From positions 1-46,221 of the forward strand of contig MU626417.1 of NCBI GenBank assembly GCA_025603075.1: DNA of 46,221 bases, written 5' to 3'. The stretch is from Neoconidiobolus thromboides FSU 785 (taxonomy: Eukaryota > Fungi > Entomophthoromycota). Under the pieces are notes generated by a model. That model did not search any database. It saw nothing but the letters and a program-made list of their open reading frames with translations, and was not told the origin of the DNA. Positions 24,701 through 38,400 of this stretch are shown here, in pieces (the first letter of the stretch is position 1; every line of letters begins with the position of its first letter). Both the position numbers and the translations under genes were made by a program.

Positions 24701-27576
24701 TTTAAAAAAATGAACTGGTTATTACTTTTTCCCATAAAACATTCAAAATAGCTTCTGGGAGTCCTAATGCAATAACGGTTGGCTGATAATACCTAAAAAC
24801 ATTTATAATAAACCCAATCAAAGAGCGATTATTGATTCTAGGGAGAATCCATATGCTTAACTTTATATCCATAATTAATAATATAAAAATCAAGTTTATA
24901 TAATTTACCTCTATTATTGGTCCAGTTTCATTACATAAATTCATTAATTCAAATATAGTTGATAAATCTTCAAGGTTAATAGGACTTAATGTGTCATCAT
25001 TAGAATTATCTTCCATTTTTTCATCTTTTCTAATTTTAAACTATTATTTACTAATTAATAATTTAAATAACAACTACTTTGATAGGGCTGAAAAATAGCT
25101 CATAACTCCTTTAACTAAATAGGAAGTAACTTCTCCTTTTATATAATTTGAACTACAATTGATTATGTTGACAACTTCCATTTTCCAAGATTTATCGGAT
25201 TCTATATTATCAAAAAAACTAGATTCACTTGGTGTTTCAATCACTTTACTATCCGTTTGTTTATTATATAAATAAGTCAAATTATGTTTTATTCTAGTTA
25301 TTAATATCTTCATCTTTTCAATTTCACTATCATTTTCATGCTAAAATGAAAAAATCAGCAATTACAATAAACATAGTAAATATTAATTCTTACTTTTGAA
25401 TAGCTTTGATGTATCATCCTCGTTCTTAAATCTTTATCATAATATTTAAATGAATTATAAATTGATACATTTTTCATAAAATGTTTATGCTTCTCACTGA
25501 TTCTCTTATTTGGGTAATCTAAATCAAATACTCCACGTGCCATTAAACTCCTTAAGTATTTGGAATAGATAAATACTCCAACTCGAATAAATTGAGAATA
25601 CAATTCAATAAGCATGTTAAAATCAATATTGTTGTCATAGCCTATTTGAATATCATTGTCATTACTATCACCTTTATTACTTGTACAACAAGGATCAAAA
25701 TTATCAAGGTATTCTTGAAGTATTCTTTGTATTAAATCCTGATAATCGATACTTTTAGATTGAAGTAAAGTATTGCTAGTGTTTGCATCTTTTTCTTCAA
25801 AGATAGGGAAAGTCCAAATCTTCAACATGGTTGAAGCTAGATACTTAATTTGTCCATCTTTAGGAAGATATTTACTAAAGCAATTGAGAAAAGAATTTAA
25901 TTTCAAACTTAATAATCTATAATTATTAATATGTGTATTACTAAACGCTTTTATAGTTATGTTAGAGATGTTTAAACCAAGTTTTAATGGAATAAAATCC
26001 TAAGAATATGATTAAATTCATATTAATATCATTTAAAATTAAGCTCACTTTTAAGAAATCTTCTTTATCTTGTTTTGACGTTAATTGCTGTGTTATTTCT
26101 TTTTTTATTTCTTTTTGTTCAAAGTTTTTATTTCTTTTAAGTATGGATTGATACACTGCCTTTAATTTGTTCGAGTCAAGTTGGAATCCAAGTGATTTAT
26201 AAATAACATCTTGTAATGGATGAGCTGGTAAATTAACAATACGATTCCAATCTATTTTATCTGAGCTAGAGATTTCTGAGTTGATAAATATATCTGGAAA
26301 ATTTAACATTGTAATCTAGTAAAATATTAAGAATAATTATACTGTTACATCATATTATAGTAATTAAGTATATTACCTGAATAATGGTACGACAATATGC
26401 TTTAAATACTGTTTGGAACATGTTTTGATCATTATTGTTTATTAGTCTTTCATGATAAGATGTTAAAGATCTTATCTTCATAATACATAATGCCCTTGAA
26501 CGAGAAAACTCTGATAATAAAGACAAGATAAGTGGAAGTAAAAGAGCGCATTTGACAATGGAATTATTTATAGACTCAACAAGCCATCTTAAAAATAATT
26601 TTTGATCAAGGATATCCTGATCGTATAATAACTTACTGACTTGAATACTAGCAAATGATAACATTATTATTAAAATATCCTAAAACCAATTTATATTAAA
26701 CTTACCAATAATTCCATTTCGATACAAACTTTTTCTCTACTCCTTCATTTTCTGTTTCTGTATTTTTTATAATTAAAAGTATTTGTTTTTCTAATATTTT
26801 AATAAATAAATTAGTCCATTCATGGCTTAGAATTAGAGTTGACTTTTCTTTAACACTTTTTTCAGAAAGAATAAATAACTTAATAATCCAAACACACCTT
26901 GAAAGTGATTGGTTAGTTTCAGATAATCGATCAATGATATGGTCAATCCTTAAACCTGCAGGCACTTCTAAAGCAAGTGAATCATAATCATTATCACTAT
27001 TGCAATACTCATTCATCCAGCTTATACGTTCTTCTTCATTCATAATAACTTTATTCACTTTTGGTTTAACAGTTGGTAATTGATACTGAGATGCTGTTTT
27101 TTTCTTATTCATTACATCTACTAAAAAATTCCCAAGATTCATTAACTTTCTTTTATCTGAATAAGCTTCCTTTAAATATTGAAATCCTTGAACATTTTCA
27201 TTCTTTTAAAAGGTCAGTATAGTAATGAATTCACTTTGTAATTTAATTTACTTTAACAACGTATTTATCAAAAAAACCATTTCGAATTCTCTCTTGATCT
27301 AATTTTTCTTCAAGTTGATCTCGAGTCACTGGATATACCCCTGGATAACCTAAAGCAAATATCAACCTTGATAATAATATAATATTAATATTGAATTACT
27401 CAAACGAAGCCTTTTGTTCAGTGGGACTAAACCATATGGAAGTTCAATTTTATACCTTTTTAAACCTTCAATTTCATCAACGCTTTCATTTTTTAAAATC
27501 TCTTCCCCTTCTAGTTTCATTGTTAGTTGTATATTCTATATTGTTTTATTCAAATACCTTTATTAGACCCAGACAT
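21800..27576 (-). CDS. MED12: Mediator kinase-module subunit Med12 (Srb8); many short introns, not every junction resolved
   Basis: N-terminal LKRYKIELP...GYPGVYP...EEKLDQERIRNGF, then PAGLRIDHIIDRLSETNQSLSRCVWIIK, HEWT, KWNYW, LDQKLFLRWLVE; colinear minus-strand ORFs over 5.8 kb. Confidence 0.85.
21984..22042 (-). repeat. 21-bp tandem repeat x3 in the last Med12 exon (SPFTINN-SPFTTYD-SPFTINN)
   Basis: TTGTAAATGGTGAAT recurs with a 21-nt period. Confidence 0.9.
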
Positions 27577-29051
27577 TATCCTTAATTCCTTTTTATTTTG
27601 GTTATTGATTTACTATTATGATTGTAAAAAAAAACTATTGTGTTAAATAAATAGGTTAAATTAATTCAAAGTTTGTCACTTTAGTTTAAAACTTAAGTTT
27701 AAAAGGTGACTTATCATTGGCCAATATTTCACTACGAAAGTTCATTTTTTGCTTTTTAGTCTAATTACTACAATTTTATTCTACTCAAAATAAACTCATT
27801 TACAATTTTAATAAAATAACCCTACAATGTTAGATGATATAAATATAAACTATACCAATAAACTTTTATCAAAGGGATTTTAGCATGCAATAATATGTTA
27901 TATAATAACAGCTATATAGTAATGAATTGTCACAATTAATAAATGATCATATATGGAATGACAAATTATGAATATCTTTTATAGTAATAATAAAGTTATA
28001 AAAAAATGAGAATTTTCGTTAAAGTACTCAGAATGTGAGTTTTATAATAGATAAATAGATATTGGAATATACTATAATAAATGAGAGTAATAATTGACTA
28101 TATAGATGAAGATAAAGATGAAGATATAAAAACAATTACTTTTTTACGTAAAGATCAAGACAAAACTGTTAATTTATCAAAAACACTAATAATAATAAAG
28201 ATGGGATATATATGTTAAATTATTTTTAACAAAAAAAAACAGTTTTATTGTTCAAATTGTTTAATGTTACATTCGAATTTGAACAACCTACAATGTTAAA
28301 TAAATTAGGCAACAACAGACTTAAAATTTTTTTTGCCTATTTTAGTTTACAATAATAAAACCTTGATAAAATTACATATTATGTATTCAAGTTAATCAAG
28401 CTATTTTTTGCATTGTTTTGAAAAAGTCAACCATTTTCTTTTGTATCTAGTAAACAAAATAACAAATTAAACTTCCTTTGAACAGCAATTACTTTTCACA
28501 AATATTAAAAAATATGTAAAAAAATAACTAAAAGAAATTATAAGTCAAATGTTATTTTACTCCCTTTTAACACAAAAGTGTATATCTAAATTTTTCTCCA
28601 CTTTATTCTATAATATATTTTTTATATTCAAACCTATGTGAGAGCTGGTATAAGAGGTTCATAGTCATTAATATTATAGGTTTAGGATTATTTTATTTAG
28701 CTAGTTTATATTAGTAAATCACTTGCTTTTTAGAGCTTGGTCTAAAAGAACTATAGGCAACTATTCAAGTATTTAATATATCAGTGGTTTCGAATAGGTT
28801 TTATTCATCAAGATTGTTTTAATCAATTATTAATATTTTCTATATAAAATAAATATAAACAATGGAGACTTTGATAAGTTAAATTAGTAACCTTAATTTA
28901 GCAAGTTACAGTAATAACTAAGCAAGCCACGCATAAATTATAACCAATAAAACTACAAATAAATTCGATTCAAATCTAAAGAATAAATAAAAGTTAATCG
29001 AAATCGAAGTAAGGTACTTTTTATTTTAAAAAAGTATTTTCACTGAAAGAG

Positions 29052-31873
29052 ATGAGAAGATCAACGAGGTTACAAAAAACAACCCAAGTCGATAAAAAAG
29101 AGGAAACTAAGGCTAATGAGATATTAGAGTTGGAACAAGAAGACTTTGATTCTATCCCTTTAGAACCAAGCAAAAGGAAAAAACCGATTAAAAGGACTCC
29201 AGATCAAGTAAAAAAGACGAGCCCGGCTACTCTAGCCAAATCTACAACAAACGATGACGATGAAAATGTATCCAGCACAGTAGAAGCTAAAAAACCACGG
29301 AGAAGTAAAAGAATTTCAGAAAAGAAGTTAAATCAAATCAAAATTAATTCAAATGGGGAAGAAACTTGGGAAATTATAAGTATATCTTCCGATGAAGATT
29401 TTCAAACACCAAAAGTAATCCCCAAGAAAAATCAAAGGAGTACTAGAGATAACAAAAAGGCTACAGTTAATCTAGCGACCCCAGAGAGTTTGGATAAATT
29501 CACAAAAAAAACATTAAAGAAGGAATCAATTAGAGAGGAAACAAATGCTGATGATGATAAGGATCCTCAAGTAATTATAACGTCATCGGACGAATCTGAG
29601 TTCAAAGCTGAGTCTCCATTACCATCCGATGATTCCCCTTTATCAGCTGTTAATAGCGATTCAGATGATGCTGTCGTTGTTGTTGAAACTAGAAGGGCCC
29701 CAAGGAGGGGAGGACGAACTAATAATAGAAGAAGTCGTGCAAAAGAAGAAAAAATTGGTGGGTTTAGCAAATCTTATTTGAGGACTCATCCAACTGTAGA
29801 TCCAAGAGTACAAGCCTTCCATCCAGAGGTAAAGGATGTTTGGGATAAATTAGATGGTATGGAAGTCATTGAAATAGAACAGAGTGAACAACCAAATGAC
29901 CTCAAACTTAAATTATTGCCATTTCAAAAAGAAGGATTAAATTGGATGAAAAAGCAAGAACAAAGTGAGTTTATGGGTGGTATTTTAGCCGATGAGATGG
30001 GAATGGGAAAAACAATTCAAATGATTTCTCTATTATTATCAGAGCCAAGAGGCAAACCCAATTTATTAGTTGCTCCAACTGTAGCTCTCATGCAATGGCT
30101 TAATGAAATTAACACACATACAACAACACTAAATGTATTATTATATTATGGACAAGATCGTACACGTTCATTAGCTGAACTAAAAAAATATGATATTATA
30201 CTAACTACTTATAATATTATTGAATCTGGTTTTAGAAAACAAAATTATGGATTTACACGAAAAGGAGAAAAAGTCAAAGAAAGTTCACCAATTCATCAAA
30301 CAGATTGGTTTCGAGTTATTTTAGATGAAGGCCATTATATTAAAGATCGCTCTTGTAGTACGGCTCGTGCTGTATTTGCTTTAAAAGCACAACGTAAATG
30401 GGCATTGACCGGTACTCCCTTACAAAATCGAGTGGGTGAATTATATTCATTAATTCGATTTTTAAAATGTGATCCATTTAGTTATTATTTTTGTCGAGAT
30501 TGTGATTGTAAAAGTTTAACATGGGCTTTCAAAGGGTATAATAGTTGTGATGCTTGTGGCCATTCCCCAATGAAACATTTTTGTTGGTGGAATGCTGAGA
30601 TTTTAAAACCCATTCAAAATTATGGTAATGTTGGGGAAGGAAAACTAGGCTTTGAAAAATTGACAAAGTTATTAGATAAAGTCATGTTACGTCGTACTAA
30701 AGTAGAAAAGGCAGATGATTTAGGTTTACCGCCTAAAATAGTTACTGTTCGTAGAGATGTATTTAATGAAGAAGAAGAAGATATGTATGAATCCTTATAT
30801 ACTGATTCTAAACGTAAATTTAGTACTTATGTTGAAGAAGGAACTGTATTAAATCATTATGCTAATATCTTTGAATTGATCACAAAGATGCGATTAGCAG
30901 TGAATCACCCAGATTTAATTTTAAGACGTATCCCAATGATGAAGAATGGGAATTTAGATCCAAATAAAAGACTAACACAAATTAAAAATAGTTTAATTTG
31001 TGGATTATGCCAAGATGAAGCTGAAGATCCTATTATTTCCAAATGCAAACATGTGTTTTGTAGGGAAGATATCCGCCAATTCCTAGATAGTAGTTTGGAT
31101 TCCCATCCTAAATGTCCAACGTGTTACGTACCATTAACGATCGATCTTTCACAAGATTCTTTAATTCCTGAAAATGATGAAGAAGAAATTAAAGAAGCTG
31201 AAAAAACATCTCATCAAATCAATGATAAAGATTTTAAAGTAGCTGGCGAAACATTTAGGGGTAGTATTGTGAACCGAATTGATATGAAAAAGTGGCGTTC
31301 TTCTACTAAAATTGAAGCTTTAGTAGAAGAATTAGATAAACTTCGATCTCAAGATCATACAATCAAATCAATTGTATTTTCTCAATTTGTGAATTTTTTA
31401 GATTTAGTAGCTTGGCGATTACATCGAGCTGGTTTTGCTTGTTGTCGATTGGATGGTCGTATGCGTCCTGCTCAAAGGGATGCTATTATTAAAACGTAAT
31501 TTTATTTTATTAAATTAAAACTATAAGTATTAATTCGATATTTAGCTTTATGCAGCGTCATGAATATACTGTCTTTCTCATCTCCTTAAAAGCAGGTGGT
31601 ATAGCCTTAAATTTAACCGAAGCAAGTCGAGTATTTATATGTGATCCATGGTGGAATCCAGCTGTAGAAGATCAAGCTATGGATCGTATCCATCGATTAG
31701 GCCAATATCGTCCAATCCAAGTTACTCGTTTAGTTGTGGAAAATTCAATTGAATCTCGTATTTTACAGCTTCAAGCAAAGAAACATGCTTTGTTTCAATC
31801 GACTATTGGTAAAGATACATCGGCTTTATCGAAACTTACAGAAGAAGATTTGAAATTTTTATTCGTTCTTTAA
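29052..31873 (+). CDS. RAD16: Rad16 SNF2 helicase-RING nucleotide-excision-repair factor. Exons 29052-31495, 31546-31873
   Basis: LLPFQKEGLNW, GGILADEMGMGKT, VILDEGH, WALTGTPLQN, Rad16-specific Cys insert, RING, SSTKIEAL, SLKAGGIALNLTEAS, DRIHRLGQ. Confidence 0.96.
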
Positions 31874-32091
31874 TACAATATATTATGTTAAATTGGCTAA
31901 TGACAGTCATGGATGACAATACAAATAAAGTTTAGTATTATCTGGAATTTTGTTTATTATTTTTACTAAAATTTGAGTTAATTTTTATTTTTTTTAAAAC
32001 AAATTAAAAATTGATTGGTGGAGGACAACATATTGACTAAAATATTTTGATTTTAATTTTTTAGTTTTTAAGTTTCTATTTTTCTCTGAAA

Positions 32092-32467
32092 ATGTCTTTA
32101 TCTTTAGGCAATTTAATTTATTCGGTCATTTTGATTATCAATGGTTTAGCTATTCTAAATGAAGAAAGATTTTTAGCTAGAAGTAAGTTACTATATAAAG
32201 TAGAATAAATAATTAACATAATAATGAATGAAGAATGATGATTAATTTCTTTTAGTCGGTTTAGGAACGAATCAAGTAGGCAGCTATAACGGCAACGAAA
32301 GTATTAAAAGTAAAATAATTAATTTAGTATCTGCTGTTAGAACTCTAATGAGATGTAAGCTTATTATTTTATCTTAATTTTCATTTTCATTTTAATTTAC
32401 AATTTATTTAGTACCTTTGATTGTAGTTAATGTACTTGTTATTGCTTATTCACTTACTATTGGATAA
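32092..32467 (+). CDS. YOS1: Yos1 / IER3IP1 ER-Golgi membrane protein (81 aa). Exons 32092-32182, 32256-32354, 32412-32467
   Basis: NGLAILNEERFLARIG, KIINLVSAVRTLMRLPLIVVN; absent from the ORF track because the exons are short. Confidence 0.93.
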
Positions 32468-32706
32468 ATGAAACAAATTAAGATATAGTTAATTTATAAT
32501 GAACTATTGATGTCTTTGTAATGGAATAGTAAATAGTATTAAAATTAAATATAATATATTTTTAAGATTTATGTTTGTTATTTTAAAATTACAATAATTT
32601 ACTTTCATATTAAGTTACTAATACCAATAGTCAATAGACATAGTAAAATATAATAAAGTAGAAAGTAAGCAGTATAGAATATCATATATATCAATATAAT
32701 ATTAAT

Positions 32707-32858
32707 ATAATATCTAAAATATATGACTTTATGTTGTTATATTCAATAATAAATTATTTGTTTTCAATAGTTAATAATTTAGTCAATTCATCTGAGGTTG
32801 GGATTACTAAAGCCGTTTTCAAAGGTAAATCTCCTTTAGTAATAGATGATTGATAATT
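32707..32858 (-). pseudogene. Decayed duplicate of the 3' end of the neighbouring SEC39 gene
   Basis: 32765-32858 aligns ungapped to 34660-34753 (75/94 nt by hand); in-frame TAA at 32754-32756. Confidence 0.85.
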
Positions 32859-33226
32859 TTAGCTTATTTGATTTCTATATTACAATGAAAGATAAAACTT
32901 AGATATGAGATAAGCTGTAATGTGATAAATCAGGTGTTAAATGAAAATAAACCAAACAAGGTATAAACTTTTGAAAATGAGTCCTTGTTATAATACTTAA
33001 TATCATATCAATCTTTTCATATTAACCCATGGTATAATTTCAAAGGTACATTTGATATTTGTAGTTAGTTGATTCGCCGTTTACTTTACCATTTTGCTCT
33101 AGACGCTTTGCTTCTCTAACTTATAAAAACCTTCTAACTAACAGTAATACTTCTATTTAAATAGTCAATTGGTTTCCACAATACTTATTACAATTGAAAT
33201 CAAACAACTGACTCCTATATAGATAG

Positions 33227-33329
33227 AGATGGAGATGGATTTTTTTGTTCAAGAATTTTACCAATGATCTTTTCATTTAAATAGCACTTAAAAAATGGAA
33301 AAGTAATAAAATCAAAAACAGCCCTAGAT
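33227..33329 (+). mobile_element. MITE family copy, AGAT target duplication
   Basis: AGAT-GGAGATG...CAGCCCT-AGAT. Confidence 0.88.
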
Positions 33330-33563
33330 GCTAACTAATTTTAGTTCTAGAGACTATTCAGTAAATTAACTGTGGATTCAAACAATGATTATATTCTATA
33401 GTTAGTTGTGATTCTTTTGATTGAAAAATTAGGATACTATTGTAAGCAATAGTATATTTTTTTAATCAAAAATAAAACTTAATTTAAGATCAAGTGTAAG
33501 TTGATGTTACAATTCTATCCTCACCATTAATTTTAAAAAAAATTGACGTCATTTCAAAAGAGT

Positions 33564-33671
33564 TCTTGGGGGTGTTTTCTTTAGCTTCATTGCTTTTTCC
33601 ATCTTTTTAAGCACTATTTAAATGGAAAATTTGTTAGTAAAATTCTTAAACATAAAAATACATCCCCTCTT
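33564..33671 (-). mobile_element. MITE family copy, TCTT target duplication
   Basis: TCTT-GGGGGTG...CATCCCC-TCTT. Confidence 0.9.
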
Positions 33672-33701
33672 GTAAATTAAGTCATTAGTTGTAAATCCAT
33701 A

Positions 33702-33807
33702 ATATGGGGATATATTTTTTTGTTTAAGAATTTTACTGATAACCTTTCTGCTCAAATAGCGCTTAAAAATGGAAAAAGTAATGAAGCCAAAAAAAGCATC
33801 TCTGTAT
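33702..33807 (+). mobile_element. MITE family copy
   Basis: ATAT-GGGGATAT...CATCTCT-GTAT. Confidence 0.9.
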
Positions 33808-33826
33808 AATTATTTAAAAAGGTTTA

Positions 33827-33933
33827 ATATACATTGCATTTATTTTTGTGTTTAAGAATTTTGCTAACAATTTTTCGCTTAAATAATGCCTAAAGATGGA
33901 AAAGTGATGGAGCCAAATAAAACACCCCCATAT
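33827..33933 (+). mobile_element. MITE family copy, left TIR degenerate
   Basis: Internal consensus plus right end CACCCCC-ATAT. Confidence 0.82.
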
Positions 33934-34191
33934 ATTAGAAAAATAATATTAATTTAATTTAATGAGAGACACTATTTATTAACTTTTAACCAATGCTTCC
34001 GTTATTGAGAGTAGATTATTATTATAAATTATCATTATTACTATTTTATCATTTTAAAGCAATAACCCCTATGGCCAAGGAAGGACTTGTAACATTCGAA
34101 GAGTCTTTATTTGAACTTTGTAATAAGGGTAAAGGCTATAATAACCAGAATATTGATAAGTTTGTAGAATTGTACAGTGACGAGTTTTTGG

Positions 34192-34295
34192 ATTTGGAGA
34201 TGTATCTTTATTTAAGAATTTGCTAATGGTTTTTCTACTCAAATAGTCCTTAAAAGATAGAAAAAACTATGAAGCCAAAAAAAACATCCCCATTT
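34192..34295 (+). mobile_element. MITE family copy, ATTT target duplication
   Basis: ATTT-GGAGATG...CATCCCC-ATTT. Confidence 0.88.
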
Positions 34296-34588
34296 ATTAA
34301 TAAATAAAAGTGAGTTGTCTAATGTTATTGAACAAGAATTAAAATCCAATCATAAAGAAAAAGTTGAAAAGTTAATTGAATAAAGGATTAAAAAATATGG
34401 TTTATATGGACTGTCATACTATAGTAATAATAAACAGATTCATTTGTTTTTATAATTATAACTTTTTATTAAAAATAGTATATTTATCTTTAGCCAATTT
34501 AATTTATTTGTTATTTTAAAAATTTAGCTAAAAGCGCTATAGATTATAACAAGGATTTAAGCGACATAGAAAACGAAGGATAATTATT

Positions 34589-35426
34589 TTATTCAAATCT
34601 TAAAATAATATCTAAAATATATGGATTTAAGTCTTCTTGAGTATTAAACAAGTCATCTTCAATAGTTAATAATTTGGCTAATTCATCTAAAGTAGGAATT
34701 GTTAAGGGTAATTTTAAAGGTAACTCTTCGTTAGTAATAGATAATTGATAATTATGATTTTGATTTAAATAGTCAAATAATTCTTTTTCCTTTTGCTGTT
34801 GATTTTTTTTGCCTTTAAATAGTTGAGTTAATCTTTGAAACTGATTTTTATTATTTAGTTGATTCAAATAAAACATGGCTTCATTTAATTGAATTTCATT
34901 TCGTTTATCTTCACTCAATTGCTTAATAATACAATCTAAAAGAATAGGATATTGATTTAATTCATTAATAATAACAGGTTTAATATCATTAATATACAAT
35001 TCCTTGTTAAATTCCATAACACGATTTAATTCTTTTTTTACAATTAATAAAGAAATTAATAATAAATCATTTTCTAAATTAAAATCACAATGATTTTCAA
35101 TAAAATATTGATTTAATATTAATTCATTGATAATTAAATTATTAGACAATAAGCCTAATCGATAATAGTTAATTAATTGATATGTTTTACATAATTCTAT
35201 TATAGATTGTTCATATTGTTGTAAATATTTAATATCAAATATATCATAAATATAAATCCATAATTTATAAATTACTATATCATTCATCGTATTAACGTTA
35301 CTAATAATTGATTCTATAATTTTAATCCATAATAAATTTAACTCTTTATTAAGATTTAATGAAGCAGTAGTTAATTGGTAATATTGCCCAAATAATTTCA
35401 TTAGATTAATTATACAATGATATTGA

Positions 35427-35466
<40 letters not shown>

Positions 35467-38400
35467 ATTGTAATAAATAATAAATTAATTTTTCTTGTAA
35501 ATTAGAATCAATTAATAATTCATCCCATGGTTCAATTATTTCATTAATTTGATTAATAGTTAAACTAAAATAGAATTCTAAATAAAATTCACATTTAATT
35601 AATAATAATATTTCTATATCATCAAATTCTTTCATATTAAATAAATCATAAAACAAAGGTAATAATTCCATACGATAGTCAATCACTATTGTTGTATCTT
35701 TAATAAAATCATTTAATAAATATTGTTGAATTGATTCTAATGTATTTATTGCCCATTGTTCATTTAAATAATTTTTAATTAGTGATATAAATTGTTGAAT
35801 TATATTAATTGTTTTGTTTTCAATCAATTGTTGTTTTAATACTAAAATAAAAATTTCTTTTAATATTGTAAATTCATTCGATTTGTTTGATAACTGTTGT
35901 TGCCAATCAATTGATAATAAATTATTATAATATTTATTAAACAATAATAAAGAATGATATAATAAATTTGGGTTAATATTTTGCAATATTAATGATTTAT
36001 ATAATAAAATAATATCATTGAAATTAATATGTTGTTGATTCAATAAGCTATCAATTCTTTTAATAACTATGTAACCTAAATCTTCTTCAGTTATTGGATC
36101 AATTAAATTGTTTAATTCTTCTAAAAATTCAATTCTTTTTATTATATTATTAACTATATTATTAAATGATTCTATATTCTCATTATTCTCATTATTATTA
36201 TTGTTATTTAAAATATTTTCTTTAATAATAGTAATTAATAATTGTTGAGATTGTAAATTAATAGTTTCTTGATATTTCATATTAATAAATTGATTAATTA
36301 AATTTAAACTATTATTAAGATTTAATTGGATTATATATTTGTTTAATAATATAACATCTTCAGGTAAAAATACATTATTTTGTTGTATAATAAATGAAAT
36401 TTGATAAATTAAATACCATAAAATTATATTGGATTTTAATATTTGTTGTTCTTGTAAGCTTAATTCAATGTAACATTGTTTTTCTTCGCCAAATATTGGT
36501 AATAATTGTAAATAAGTATCCAATTGATTTAATATAAACTCATTGCCATTAGATTGCTGATATAACAAATTAAAGTGAGATTGTAAGTCATTATAATTCT
36601 TATTGAATTTATTGTTTAATAATAATTTAAAATCAATTATATTATCATTAACTATCTTATTATTACTTTTAATACTTTCAGTCCAATTATTTAATAATTC
36701 CGTTCTTAATATAAGTTGATGAATAATTAATTGATTTTTCTATTGAAATTTAAAATTTAAAATATTATTTATATTATATAAATATTATTAAATAATTACC
36801 TCATCTTTTTCTTTGTTTGATTTATCTAATATTTCTCCAAACATAATAAAATATAAATTTAATTTAATTAAATCATTACCCTTAATATCACTATAAAATG
36901 TATAAAATTGATCAACAACCTTTTCATTAATTATTAATGATTCTAAATATTCTTTTGTATTAGACCAATAATAATCTTCCAAGTCATTGATTTTAACTTG
37001 ATTTGAGAAATAATAACTAATATGAATCAAATACAGTGTTTGCAGATCAATATTAAAATTAATTGCAATTGTTATTACGTTTGATGTTTGTATTGTATCT
37101 TCTGTTTGTATTCTTAATTCCAATAATAAACTTTGTTCTCTTTTGTTAGATAATCGAAATGCTTCACTGTTAATATCCAATTTTTCTAATATCGAATTGA
37201 TTTCTTCTTCTTCATTTAATTTTTGACTTAATTTTATATTCTCTTGAATTGTTTTCAATTCTTTATTATTATTATCTAAGTTAGTTAAATAATTAATAAA
37301 TTGTTTTGGCTGAATTGTTGTTAAATTGCTATATTGTGTAGTAGTATCACTTATATCTGATTTAGTAATATAATTTAAACCAAAATGAAATGCTTTCCAT
37401 AATAAATCTTCTGGGTTTTGTTGTAATGTATTAAAAAATTCAACTTTATCTTCCTAAAAGTAAATATCAAGTATGTTAAGATTAAAACAATTTTATTATA
37501 TTATAATAAATTACCTCTGATAAATCATAAATAAAAAATTGAGAAAGTGTATCATTAATATTATTACTTAATTGAAGTTTGATTTTTTTAATTAATTCTT
37601 TATGAAGTATAGCATCATCATTACTTAATAAACTATCTTTCAATAACATTAATATTCTAAATATTGCTTCTAATGGACTAAGTTGCCAATTGAAATTATT
37701 GTTAGTAACAGCTACAATAGAATTATTAAAGATAGGATAATTATATATATTTAGTCTATTATTATTGTTATTATTATTGTTTATAATATCAATTATATTG
37801 TTGAATTGTTGTAATTCATCTGAATTCAATATAATTGTTTGATGATGATGATTATTACTGTATTTTATTAATTCTTTTGAATTTAGTAATTGAATTTCTA
37901 ATTCATAATAATAACTCAATACTTCATTTATTTTATCAATATTACAATTTGCTATTATTAAAGATAACAAATCAAATTTTTTATTAATATCTTTAAATTC
38001 TTTATCTGTGATTAATTCTAAAATATCATTGATACCTTCTGAATTACATTCATCTTCAATTAGAGCAGTTGAATATTCATATGCCATATTAAAATCTTTA
38101 TGTACTTTACTTGCTTTGATTATTAATTTATTGACAAAACTAAGATCCTCAATAATATTAATATTCAACAATGCTATTAACTCTTTAATTTTATCTGGTG
38201 ATTTATATAATTGACATTTTGAATTAAATATTAATTGCTTTAAATAAAACTTTGAATTTAATCGAATTTCTAAAGGTTGAGGTATTTGTTTTATATTGTA
38301 TTGTAAATAATAGTTATATAATTTTTGTACTCCAAATACAAAGTATTGCCATTGCTGTACTTTACTTGTTTCTTCTACTAAATCTAAACATTTTAATATA

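Noticed and set aside
27800-28330. Short Asp-rich ORF at 28081 (45 aa) and an F-box-like NDHIW fragment
   Set aside because: Too short, interrupted by stops, no convincing motif
33993-34226. 77-aa ORF
   Set aside because: Ends inside a MITE, lies in the decayed island and has no recognisable motif
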